Source of the DNA: Trypanosoma brucei
Taxonomy: Eukaryota
Length of the DNA: 64,000 nucleotides
NCBI GenBank assembly: GCA_000002445.1
Contig: AL929603.2
Span: 64,001-128,000 of the forward strand
Direction of reading: 5' to 3'
A program made the position numbers and the translations under genes. Below are positions 1 to 11,423 of the stretch, piece after piece. Position 1 is the stretch's first letter; every line of letters starts with the position of its first letter. Under the pieces are notes generated by a model, which was not told the DNA's origin, ran no database searches, and saw only the letters and a program-made list of their open reading frames with translations.

Positions 1-3000
1 ACATATGAGATTCCTCAATATCGTTCACAAAATAAAAATAATTTCATTTCCTTCTGCATTCAGTTTCTCGTGTAGCAGTGTGTACACTAATCATCCATAA
101 AGTTTTTAATTTGCCAAATACATCATTACGAAACTATTTTCCACAAATAAACAAACAAACATTCCATTGGGACAATATCTTTGAGGAATTTCCTTCACTA
201 TATTTGCAGTTCAGTAGTGATTAAAAGAAACTTTCTGTATAATTCAACACATGGTGGAATTGCACAGAAATGTGATGGTACTTATAATCAACAAGTTCCC
301 AATTTTCCTCACATGGTCTCCTTTTTATGCCTTTACATCCTTATATAATTCACAGAGAATTACTGCAATTTCTTTCATATGCTTTCAGGATTCCATATGT
401 CACAACACAAATAATATATACATTTACACATATATATAATTTGGACATAATATTGCTTAACATATAAATTATCACAAACCTATGACTTTACACTCCTCCT
501 AAGAATAATAGAATCAAATTATTTCTATTTTGCATCATTACATGAAGCTTTGGAAAAGGAAAAAAAAGAATAAAACAAAAGGTAATGTAAAGAAAATAGT
601 TTTTTAATACAGAATATAACTTGTTTGTGAGTTTCAGATGCAAACACGAAATGTTCAAACAGGGAAACAGTAAAGGACGTTACTGGTGATGTAAGCACAA
701 ATTAACCAAAAATAGAAACATAAATAAAATTTAAAACTTATAAAAACACAAATATATATGACACAAATATTTACCACATATTATAATTCGCCACCCTCAC
801 ACTTGAATTACAAAAAGTACATAACACACATATGTGCCATCTTCTTAACATAATCATTCCAATATTTACTCAGTATGTGTGTGTGTGTAGAAATGATGAA
901 ATGTAATTGTAACAAATCAGGCACAACACAAACAAAATATATGCATTATATTATTCTCTAAAAAGTAGAAGAATAAAAATCAAGAAATATTACGCAGCTT
1001 TTCTCACAAGTAATTTTGTTTCTGTATACATATAACACGACAGCTAACAACATTAAACTCTCAATTCCATAATATCTGACACCTGAAGTGATAATTAGCA
1101 GCGGATGCCTTTAACAAAAAACAACAGAAATAACAACATCAAAGCATGTTTTGAAAGCTTAAATAAACTTCCTCATGGATAAACCATTTGTACAAAGTTT
1201 GAGTGCCAAGTAGGAGGAACAAAGAAAAATAAAAAAAGAATTAAATGGTAAAAGAATTGCGTGTGATATAACTAAAGGATTTGTTAGGCACTACACTCAT
1301 TAAACTCCAGTTTCATAAAAATACTGTAAGGCATAATATTTACTGCTTTACCGGTTATGTGCCTCCAGCAAGCAATAATAAATACTTCGAGTATTATTCG
1401 ATTTCTGATGCTATGAAGTGTGTAATAAATTAGTCCATGAGTAAAATATTCAAATGTTGGTGTTCACTTCAGATTATAAACTCTGCACTATGAATGTCTC
1501 TCGATGTTTATAATTTGAGAGAGCAAAAGTGACGGCGCTACTATTTATTTCTTCCAGTTCATGAATATATAAATATATTTATACATATATAATCAGATGT
1601 GACATGCAAAAGCGTTTAAACATCAGGCATGAACATCTTTCCATCCATTTAAAGTAAGACGATACAATAAGGTAAGTTTAGGATGAAGTGAAGGTATCAT
1701 AATGTTAATATCTTCCTTCAAGCGGAGGATTCAATTTAAATAGGCGTACTTCACAAACAATAGTAAAATAACTGAGAAAACTTATATCACTTAATCGTTA
1801 TTTCCTTCAATTCTTATTTTGAATCGCTCTGTACCGTCACACCTTCAATAAAGTATATAGTGACGCATTTCATACATCCTCCCTAAGCCATATCTCATAG
1901 TCATAGCTCTCAACAGAAATAATAACAAATAATGAATAGTTTAGTTCTTACCTTCCCTTTTTTACTACCCACAAGAAAGATATACGAAACAATTATCATA
2001 CTGAATAAACAGTAAGGTTTCCTCATCATCCTACGCAAAATATGAATTGAAACGATAATTTACTAACGAAGCGAAAGTGTCTGAAAGCGTCTTTAACTCG
2101 TCTCCTGTGCGGGGCGAAGAGGGTTGTGTTGTGTGGGCTTTCTAAAAATTTCACTCTCTTGCAGACAGCTGTGTAAATAAACGGGGAGTACAGGTGTGTT
2201 TAGAGAAATGTAACCGTACAAAATAATACTCTGCACTCCTAAGTCCAAAGCCATTCATAATGCAGGCTTTCATTAAAAAAATAAGTAGCAGTAGTAGTAG
2301 TAAGGAGAAAGCTATTGTTTTTCCCTCACTCCTGCTGCCACGTACATCATGCATGATACAACAGTTTCCATTTATTTTATGGTAGTTTTTTTCACATAGC
2401 AAGGGATACTCGGAATTGTTGTATCACTTTCGTTGTCCCAGCCATACTGTCTGCTTTTCATGGTTAAACTAAAACTCCAATGAAATCACATTGTTGTGTC
2501 ATCTTTTGTGAGTCACCAATAATGGTTGTGCCCCACATTTCTTCATGCTGGTAACTATTTTGTTTCCACGACATTTAACCACGTCATGCGCCTCACACTG
2601 ATACATATGTTGCATATCCATGTTTGAGTCCTCAATATTTCAGGGTTCGCCTGCTCCAGCCTCACGACATCGGCGTCTTCTAAAAAGAGCTTTGTAATGG
2701 TGTGTGAAACTCCAGGATTCTCCTTTATTAACTGATGGGGAGTTGATTCAAATTCAATAGTTCCTCATTTTCGCTAACGTATCGGAACCCCAGCCGAATA
2801 TCTTCAGGCAACTTCACTTGAGAGAGAAATGACTTTAGATCAAACAATGCTGCAGACTCGCCATGGAGAGTATTTAAATACTGGGAAAAGTGACCCAATG
2901 GGAGATATGCCTCATAATCATCCCTGCTCTTTTTAGCCTTTGGTCATGCAATAAACCAACGCCTTCTTCCAATTCTGTTTTTCCTCCATCACAAATAATG

Positions 3001-5903
3001 GCACACAACCCATCCTGTCGTATGTCTCTTTGAAACTGGGCTAATGATACGCGGCTGCTTCATTATTTGGGCATACTTTTCTACAATGCGCAATTCTGAC
3101 TCCTTCTTTGATACTTTCTCTCTTTGTTTCTTTCTGCATCATCTGTGCTATTCTTAATGCTCCAACCCTCATCAAATCGCTTACTCGCTGCTTGCATCAT
3201 CCTCTGTCAAATCCACGGAAGGGAAATCATTCCCACATTCATTTCCTATTGGAGAGGTGAAGTCTTTTTTTTTCCTCATCCCGTGAGGTCACCTTTGTTT
3301 TCCCTTGTGAGTGTCAAGGAATGCTGTGCAATCGATAATTTGGGAAAGTTATTCACCGTTATAAGTCCCGGCTTCCCTCACACTGGGGCCGCACATTCCT
3401 TCCAATTGTATCTTACATCAAAAACACCCAAAGAATCGACTTGCTGACGGCAGTTGTCACACATCTGAGATACCACACTGTGCTTCGTGGGAGTTCCATT
3501 GTGTAGATGTGCTTTCCCAATTGTATTAATAATATGTTGTCAATGTCGTGCTTCCATTGCAACTACTGCCGCTCCGCGTGTCAGCAGTGCTCTTCTCTTT
3601 ATGGAATGTTCTATCATTACGTATGGTCTTTTCAGTATGGTGTCACATTTTCCCTTTGTGGTAATCGTTATGAACTTCTTCCCCTTTCCTCCAGAGGTTC
3701 CTCCCTATGACTTTTCTCACACTGGCAATGTCCTTTTCCCAGTTGATAATTACGCATCGTATGACTCTGTGGGTATCGCTTTTGAATTTCTTTGGAAGGT
3801 TCCCCCCAAAATCCACTATTGAGGCTTGCCTGCCGTGTGAGTGTGGTATAACATTTTTCTCTTTTTTTTCGGAGCTGTGTAATTTCTTTTTGCCATCGCA
3901 TGGCTGGGTGTAATTCAGGTCACTACTCATATTGCAACTGGATACCACTCTGGACGGAACTTCCTGCAAGATATTATCGAATCACCATTACAACATGTGT
4001 TGTGTTTGTTTGATGGGTTCACCTGTTACCGTATTGTAAAGACGGACCCCAAAAACAACATCCGCGTCGGTGTGTCCAATAGAAATGATGAAAGAGTTCT
4101 CCTGTACTGAAATGGCGTTGCTCTCTGAGAGTCGTAAACTTACAAAAACAAATAAAAGTGCAGTTGCATCCCATGCTGGCATGCGGTAATGATTTTCAGC
4201 CAATGCATAAAAACACCGCATGATGAATTCCCTGTTCCTCACATGTTTTAGTCCTCAGCCACATTCACTTTCCTATTCTATTGGCTCCTGAAACCATTGC
4301 CATGATGTACGGATGGCTTTGTGTGTGGGAACTGCAATAAAATAAAAATAATAATAATAACTCCTTTCACCAATGAGTTTACTATTGGTTGTAAAAGTGC
4401 TCTTGGTGCCACTCCATTATTCTTTTTGAGTCCCCAGCTTTTGAGGGGCTACTGTATTTTTTAAAAAGAGTGATGCACCGTTTTATTCTCCACCCCTTTC
4501 AGGTGAATTTCTCCTGCACAGTTTTTACTCTCCCATTGTAGAATGTTTCTCAAGGTGTTTCCTTTGTGAAGCTTTGGTTATGCTATAATTAAAGACCACT
4601 CAACTCCCTGCTTCAGGGACCTGCTGTTGCATTTATTCCCCTTTAGTTGCTGCAAATTTGTTCACTTGACAAGTTGTAGTGCAATACTTCACTTGACCAT
4701 ATGTGTAACATCGTGTCTCGTTGCTTTATAAAAATTCAAAAAAAAAACACATCAGGTGATATTCTTCTGTTCTTACTTCGTACATTCACATCTCTTCCCG
4801 TCAGTTCGGAAACTCCCACACAAACTCACCACTCCGTGAAGATTTGTAGTTTCCGTTAGTGATGGACGTACTGAAGTGGACATGTTTGGCACTTTAAAAC
4901 TAATTTTTTAAACTTACACCTTCCTTCTTTCATAGAGCTTCAGTGCGAGAGTAAAAGAATAGTTGAGTATCATGAGAAAACATAAGCCTAAAACATTCTC
5001 AACGCAAGCTTTCAATAAAAGCAAACGCATTAAGATGGTTTAGTGAACACATGCAGTATCGTCCATAGCAAAGGTATTATTTACACCCAATAAACAACTC
5101 AAACAAATAACACCAGCATACATATCGCAGACATATAAATTGCACCTACACAAACAAATAAAAACTGCTGTAACTCATCATGTGTAAAATATTATGAGCA
5201 CAAAAACATAAATGTCCTTGATCTTCCATGAATGTATAGCACAATATTATTTTGCATTATCATCGGAAAAAAAATGTATATTGATATATATATTCAGCCA
5301 AAAGTCAAGAGTGTGCTCTGGCCTTGTAGAACTGTAAATGCGTGCATGTTCTGTTATTATTGTTTCCCATTTTAAAATAAAGATACTTGCAGATGTGGAG
5401 AAACGTCTCCCTTAATGCTTATGATGCACCAAATAATTCTCTCGCAAAGAAAGGAGAGAACAAATGCTCAGTACACGCGTCCCTATTTGTATCTTTCAAT
5501 GAAGGTTCTCTTGAGTGGAGTAAAGAAAAAACAAATAAAAAGCAAGAAGTATATGATGTGAGTGATAATACATAATGAAATGACCCAACAAGAGGGAAAG
5601 GAAGTTACATGCCTTCACTACAGTCATACAAATAAAGCCAGACCCTTCACACTCGTTTTACAATGTTCTGTCGTATCGCTCTGCATAAACAAAAAATTAC
5701 TAATAGGAAATGGAAATGTAAGAATAGAGTAAAAAAGTATCAAGTAGCTTGAGGATTATCGACACTCAGCTACGTGGAATGATACGTATCGCAAATTTGT
5801 GTTTGAAATGCTCACCATCCTAATGAACTTACTCGTATGTTACTTAATCCTAGGAAATACTTCTCTGTGCGCTCAAGTTACCCGACAACTTTCCTTCCAC
5901 ACC
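1..5903. repeat. A-type segment, copy 1, truncated at the window edge: 5.9-kb 3' flank of type-1 RHS with no ORF above about 110 aa. Near-identical to 15931..21853.
   Basis: Direct comparison: 1..440 matches 15935..16400 and 37125..37560. The short ORFs at 3124..3447 recur at 19071..19394. RHS1a at 5904 has its counterpart at 21854. Confidence 0.85.
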
Positions 5904-8405
5904 CTATGCATTGTTACCACCTCTATTGTTAACTCCGTTGTTATTTTCACCTCTTGTTTTCAATTCAACGTATAGTGCAATAATGTGTTTATAAAGTGAG
6001 ACCGCGAACTGACGCACTTCCCTTTTCCAAAATCTTTCCTCAACCTCATTATTTTGCCCTTCATCTCTGTCAGTCCTTTCACAGCACTGCGGCTTCGTAA
6101 TTTTTTCGCTGTCAACCCTTTGGACATAAATTATTTCCCATACCATATCATTGGAAAAATTGTCCCAACCTTGGAAGTAACTTCGCAAATACCTCTTCAT
6201 CTTAAATAACCCACCGGTGCTGCAGGGATGTCTACCGGAAACTGTGTACTGCAGTCCCACAAAAGTCTTCGGGCTCTCAACGAAAAAGAACGCATCAACA
6301 ACTGGGAAACTCCTTGATTGCGGCTTGTACAATTTCATATATTGAATTTCAGCTCCAGCTACAATTGGAACATCCTCAGGAACCACAATCGAAGGACCAA
6401 TGAGTCTTGGTTCTTGCAGCACCTGCAGCACACTTTGTGGAATTTGATTCCTAGCAAATGAAAGGCCCTGTAACTCCCTTGCCAACTCAGTTAGTGTATT
6501 CTCATGCGACAATGCTTCAATGCCACTCTTCTCAAACATGTAGGCGGCGATAGCGCGGTTAGACAGCAGAGCAGACATTGCAGCATATTTATCCGTTAGC
6601 CAAGGTATCAGAAAGTCTAAAATAGCTTGTCCCGTGTAAGATGAAAGCGGTCTGCAGCGATACATTTCACACAGGAGCTTCTCCTCCTTCACTCGAACAA
6701 CCCCTACTAACTTGTGTGATACTTCATCTGTTTGCCACATAGCTGCGTTTTGGAAATATTTAGCGTAATCATTCATATCATCATCTTTCATTTTGCCAAT
6801 GGCTTCCTGAACCTTTCCCTCCTGCCTGTTATACGAACTAAGACGACCAATATGACGAAGCAGTGGACCAACGATACGAATGCGACCTTGAATTTCTTGC
6901 CATTCACTTTCAATTTTCTCCTTTGCAACTGGAGGACTCCACTTGTAAGCAGGAGCAATTTTCCCCCATCTCGATATGTGTATGGCTTCCAAATCCTTCA
7001 ATGTATCACAGTTCATGTAAATATCTGAGGCGGTGTTTTGCTTGGACCATTCATGGAATTGCTTGACGTTTGGAGAGCTCAAAGCAATACCGGCACAACC
7101 AGCAGGTGGTTTCGTCGGAGCAGGATGGTCCTTGTCCACATCGAATATAACGTATCCCTTGATATCCTCACCGCTACGTGATCCTCCGATTATTTGCTCA
7201 ACAACTGTAAATGCATTCCCATAATCATTGTAAAACGTAACATATCCTGCTCGACCACCTATGGGTTTGTGAAACACATACGCCTTACCCCTCACAACGT
7301 ATATGATAATCTGAAGCTGACTCGCTTCATAATGCAGTAGTTTGTATAACAGTAGGGATCCCACGGAAAACGATTTACCAATACCAGGTGTACCAATAAG
7401 AACATTAGACGCATCGTCAACAATCACTTCATCCATAAGCCACCGGTTAAGCACATTCTCCACCTTGTACCACACCCTCAGTGCTTCCCTGCGGATATAA
7501 ACATCACTTTTAAAAACATACTCCACTCCCTTCTCATGATTAATATCATAATCATTTGGGTTCTTTTCGAAAGACGTGTATGGCCAACCCATTTGAGATG
7601 TAAGCACAGCAATCTCCAAGTTACCGTGACGGGGAAGTGGTTCGTTCATAGTTTCCGGAGTGTGACTGACATCAACCTCCTCCTTCGTCCACATGTGTGG
7701 CGGTCTTCCATTGAACACTTTCATGCCAAGTGGCTCTTCATCATAACCCGACTCCACATAACCCCACGTCGCATTGTATATAGAATCATATACTCCTTTA
7801 AGTTCGCTACCATCAGCTGTTTGGGCAGCTCGCTTTTCCGCTCTCTTGGCGGCCGTCACCGCTCCATCCAACCTTCCCCTCGCCACGGGACCAACAAATT
7901 CTCTTATTTCCACTGTCCCCTTCTCCTCCCACTGACTGAGGTAGTAAATTTCTTTTTCGTCAAGGTAGTCTACCTTCTCAGACAGATCAATAGCTGTCTT
8001 CACTGTTTTAAACTCATTAGTGCCTTGTATATCCTCAAGAATCTCAGCATCAACAATATATTTTCTGGGATTCTTAACAAAAATGGGCATCCTAACATTT
8101 TCTGCCTCAGCCACCGCAAAAGTCCCGCCAACGAACTTCTGAATAAAGTCGTTCACTGTCATATCCCTCAAACCCGCATAATCATCCAGCAGCACATCCC
8201 TCACCTTACTATCCATTGTCCAGTTGGGCCCCCCTTCAGTTCTCTGCCGTATTTGTGGAGGCTGAGCAGCAGCAGCAGCAGCAGGAGGAGGAGGCGGCGG
8301 TACATTTTCATCCCGTGGCCTCCTCATGGGCCCTTCAAAATTATCTGCCACTTGTTGATTTTCATTATTTCCTTGTGGAGCTGCGGGACTATTTGCTCTT
8401 GACAT
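5904..8405 (-). CDS. RHS: Retrotransposon hot spot (RHS) protein, type-1 copy a, 833 aa, intact. N-terminal Pro/Ala tract and P-loop (GTPGIGKS).
   Basis: The 2502-nt ORF opens with ATG (cat on the plus strand at 8403..8405). Its N-terminus (MSRANSPAAPQGNNENQQVADNFEGPMRRP...) is shared by all RHS copies in the window. A Walker-A motif LIGTPGIGKS lies near 7365..7390. It is 99.8% identical to 21854..24355. Paralogs in the window are disrupted by ingi at the homologous position, which is characteristic of the T. brucei RHS family. Confidence 0.8.
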   Translation of the reverse strand: MSRANSPAAPQGNNENQQVADNFEGPMRRPRDENVPPPPPPAAAAAAQPPQIRQRTEGGPNWTMDSKVRDVLLDDYAGLRDMTVNDFIQKFVGGTFAVAEAENVRMPIFVKNPRKYIVDAEILEDIQGTNEFKTVKTAIDLSEKVDYLDEKEIYYLSQWEEKGTVEIREFVGPVARGRLDGAVTAAKRAEKRAAQTADGSELKGVYDSIYNATWGYVESGYDEEPLGMKVFNGRPPHMWTKEEVDVSHTPETMNEPLPRHGNLEIAVLTSQMGWPYTSFEKNPNDYDINHEKGVEYVFKSDVYIRREALRVWYKVENVLNRWLMDEVIVDDASNVLIGTPGIGKSFSVGSLLLYKLLHYEASQLQIIIYVVRGKAYVFHKPIGGRAGYVTFYNDYGNAFTVVEQIIGGSRSGEDIKGYVIFDVDKDHPAPTKPPAGCAGIALSSPNVKQFHEWSKQNTASDIYMNCDTLKDLEAIHISRWGKIAPAYKWSPPVAKEKIESEWQEIQGRIRIVGPLLRHIGRLSSYNRQEGKVQEAIGKMKDDDMNDYAKYFQNAAMWQTDEVSHKLVGVVRVKEEKLLCEMYRCRPLSSYTGQAILDFLIPWLTDKYAAMSALLSNRAIAAYMFEKSGIEALSHENTLTELARELQGLSFARNQIPQSVLQVLQEPRLIGPSIVVPEDVPIVAGAEIQYMKLYKPQSRSFPVVDAFFFVESPKTFVGLQYTVSGRHPCSTGGLFKMKRYLRSYFQGWDNFSNDMVWEIIYVQRVDSEKITKPQCCERTDRDEGQNNEVEERFWKREVRQFAVSLYKHIIALYVELKTRGENNNGVNNRGGNNA
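8264..8300. repeat. (CAG)6(GAG)3GGCGGCGG trinucleotide tract encoding the Pro/Ala run in the RHS N-terminus. Length varies between copies.
   Basis: gcagcagcagcagcagcaggaggaggaggcggcgg. The same tract recurs at about 13774..13810 and 24214..24250, and in shorter form at about 34944..34970. That copy encodes PPPPAAAAA where the others encode PPPPPPAAAAAAA. Confidence 0.8.
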
Positions 8406-10440
8406 AACTCTCTTAATATTATTAACTTAACTTCCTTTCCTTTTCTTTTTTCTCTGAAATTATAAATAACTGAAGTAAAATAATAGATAAGAAAACAATA
8501 GCGGGTGAACAGTGTAACATAATATCAAATGTAATAGAGCGCGTTAATGTTTATTCACTATAGTTTGCAGAATATGATATCATAATGTATTTGGTATTGA
8601 GAGGAACAATTTCAAAATATAGCAGCTGTAAATAAATATTTCCCTTGCTTCATTATCATGTGCTAAATATAATGAACTTCATACATCATTTCTTTAACTA
8701 TGAATAACATGCAGACAAAAAATATTACTGCCTCATATACCTGCATAAACACTTCGTATATATAATCAATATTTAAAGAGAGTCAAATTCTATTGATTAA
8801 AATCAAGTAAAACAATAAACAAAAAATTTATGGATATTAATGAAGCGAAGAAAAAGAGTATCGGCACAACACATAGATATACACACACATGAATACACAC
8901 CACACAACTACACAACTGTTCCACTGGAGTTTCCTCACTTCTGTCAATACGTAACATTCACTTGCATTGAATAAACTCATTGAAATATAAATCACTTATC
9001 CCCTCCCCCGTGTATTCACTTACTTCCAAAGGAGAATATTAAATAATGTCTGTAGGACAGGTAAAAAAAAACTGATAGTCTTTTTGCATCAGATAACCAG
9101 AGAGTATTTCTGTTTACTTTCATAATAAATAAAAACATTCTTTCACCTTCAGTTAAAATAAAATTTAATTACTTGCCTCCTCATTGTTCACAACTATCAA
9201 CAACTAATTCAGCGACACAAATTCATATGTATTTTATGTGCCATCGTTGTTTGATTCATTCACACACCTTTTATGATAGCGATAATACAACATATGGAAA
9301 ATAATTGGAATAAAATTAATACAATTAATTGAGGAAACCGTAAAAGATTATCATAACATATCTTTTATTTTCCCTCCTTTCATTTACACTGATTAATTAT
9401 GTAATGAGACAATTCCTTTTCAGTACGTGTCCACACTTATTGTATCATCATTGTAAGTTTCCTATTGCTCATATACACAAAGTTATTGGAATAACAAAAA
9501 AATAAAACAACACATCTAAATAACTTGAAAAAATATATAACAAATAAAGGTAATAAAGAAAATAAGCGTGAACAGACAGATAATAAAATGAAACACGTCT
9601 CGCACTTTCCTTCTAAATATTCAATAGTTGTATGTTACAAATAAAAACAATTACACATTATAGAAAAGAAGAGATATAATTACATTATACACCTGTATGT
9701 GGATATGTAACAGTGAGTCATAGTAGAAATAAATTGTCTAAACACAATAGTTATGGAAGATAAAATAATTCAAAATATCAATAATATTATTCTATCAACA
9801 TTCCCTTCCTTCTCCATTAAGTTTTCAAATGGTTTCAAATAATAATTCACATAATCTCATACATATGTTATGATGGGTTTTGCATGCAGTACAATTTAAA
9901 GGAAGTGTAGCTCATATAACATTTTCAAAAATAGGTATTGAATGACTGTTTGCTACCATCAATTACATTTCCAATGCCTGATTACACTTTTATATGCATG
10001 AAGGAAGTTACTGATGATAACTTTGACATGCTCGAGAATTCATAACACAAAGCGACTGCTGCATGCAATAAAAAATAAAAATAAAAATAACATCCGAATT
10101 CATTTACTGACAGATGAGTGCAATTCATTCACCCAAACTTCATAGCTGCAAATATAAACTCGCTGCTGCCAATAGGAAATAATCCCGCATAAATATTGAG
10201 TATCTGAAAATGATAGCAACGGGTTTCCATTTTTGAAATATATACATAAACTACATGAGGTATATGAAGCCATATTGGTAAAGTGTCACTACGCATGTTG
10301 CAATTTACTATCAGAAGTGTCTGCCTTATTTTATTTCTTGTGTTAATGTAACTCATGAGTATTATTCATTATTCTTTACAATACAACTGTAAGTCATTTT
10401 GCATTTTTACATATTTTCTTATTCCCTCATACTGGAAGTG
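8406..10440. repeat. B-type segment copy 1: approximately 2.0-kb conserved 5' flank of RHS genes (upstream in the sense of minus-strand transcription).
   Basis: Begins aactctcttaatattattaacttaacttcctttcc. The segment recurs at 13916, 24356 and 35082. Copies 1 and 3 are near-identical over 2 kb. Confidence 0.8.
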
Positions 10441-11423
10441 TTCCACATATAATATTCCTCAATATCGTTCACAAAATAAAAATAATTTTATTTACTTCTG
10501 CATTCAGTTTCTTGTGCAGCAGTGTGTACACTAATCATCCATAAAGTTTTTAATTTGCCAAATACATCATTACGAAACTATTTTCATACACAAACACAAA
10601 CACATACAAATAAACAACCAAACATTTTTAAATGTTGTTGTGAAACGGAAATTGAATCACGGAAAATTGTGGGGCGCACACGTAATGGGCACCATGAATG
10701 CCTCTTTGGATATTCCTCTATGGATTTTCACCAGCATCATCAACTTACTTTTTGTGTAAAAAAAAACAAAAAAGAAATAAAGGTACAAATGCATTAATAA
10801 ACCCAACTCCTCAGCAGGAAATCAAGAACAGGAAGCCACGAAAAGCGTATGGCACATATGATTTTCACCTCTCAGTTACTTGAGGTGGATCGCATGATTT
10901 ACCCACCTTCTAAGAGCACACCCTCCGAGAGGCCCGATTAAAAGAAAAAAAAACGCTATGACGGTTGAAAAGACGTTTTTCATAAACCTTCACTTTATAC
11001 GTGAGGATGCATGAATAAACAATGATAACGATGAGAATGCTAACGGAAACAATGACGAACCGTGAGGATCCTAGAAAAAAAAATAAAATAAAATCATCAC
11101 GTACCTTCGCAGTAGGGAAACTTAATAAATAACAAAATATAAATATTCCCTACACAGAGGTATAGGGAGTGTTCGTCAACTTCGTAATTCTAATCAAAAA
11201 GTCTTCAAATGTATCGATCATTCGTGTAGTCAATCAAATAAGAAGTAACATGTACTACACGCACAAAAGCACACTTACAAAGCCTACAAACCCACTTGCC
11301 CCCTTTTAGAGAATACCACTCTCTAGTCAGTGATAGGAGAGGTGATATTAAAAGCATTCCCTTTATAATTATTTCTGACTCCTCAATTCGTTGCAACATA
11401 ACATAACATGCAAAGATGTTGCA
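10441..11423. repeat. C-type segment copy 1: approximately 1-kb 3' flank specific to type-2 RHS. Begins with the roughly 160-bp junction motif shared with A segments.
   Basis: Matches 26391..27364, including aaatgttgttgtgaaacggaaattgaatcacggaaaattgtggggcgcacacgtaatgggcacc. Confidence 0.75.

Noticed and set aside
3124-3822. Short ORFs in the A segment that recur in both copies: 3124..3447 with 19071..19394, 3487..3822, and 3643..3969 with 19615..19914.
   Set aside because: Conservation follows from the 99% segmental duplication, not from selection. They have no recognisable motifs, and overlapping ORFs lie on both strands.
7536-8402. Antisense ORFs inside the RHS genes: 7536..8402, 11990..12874, 23486..24352 and 28190..28879 (up to 294 aa).
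   Set aside because: They are fully overlapped by the RHS sense ORFs. Their composition is low-complexity (poly-S/R from the reverse of the Pro/Ala tract). They are conserved only through RHS paralogy.
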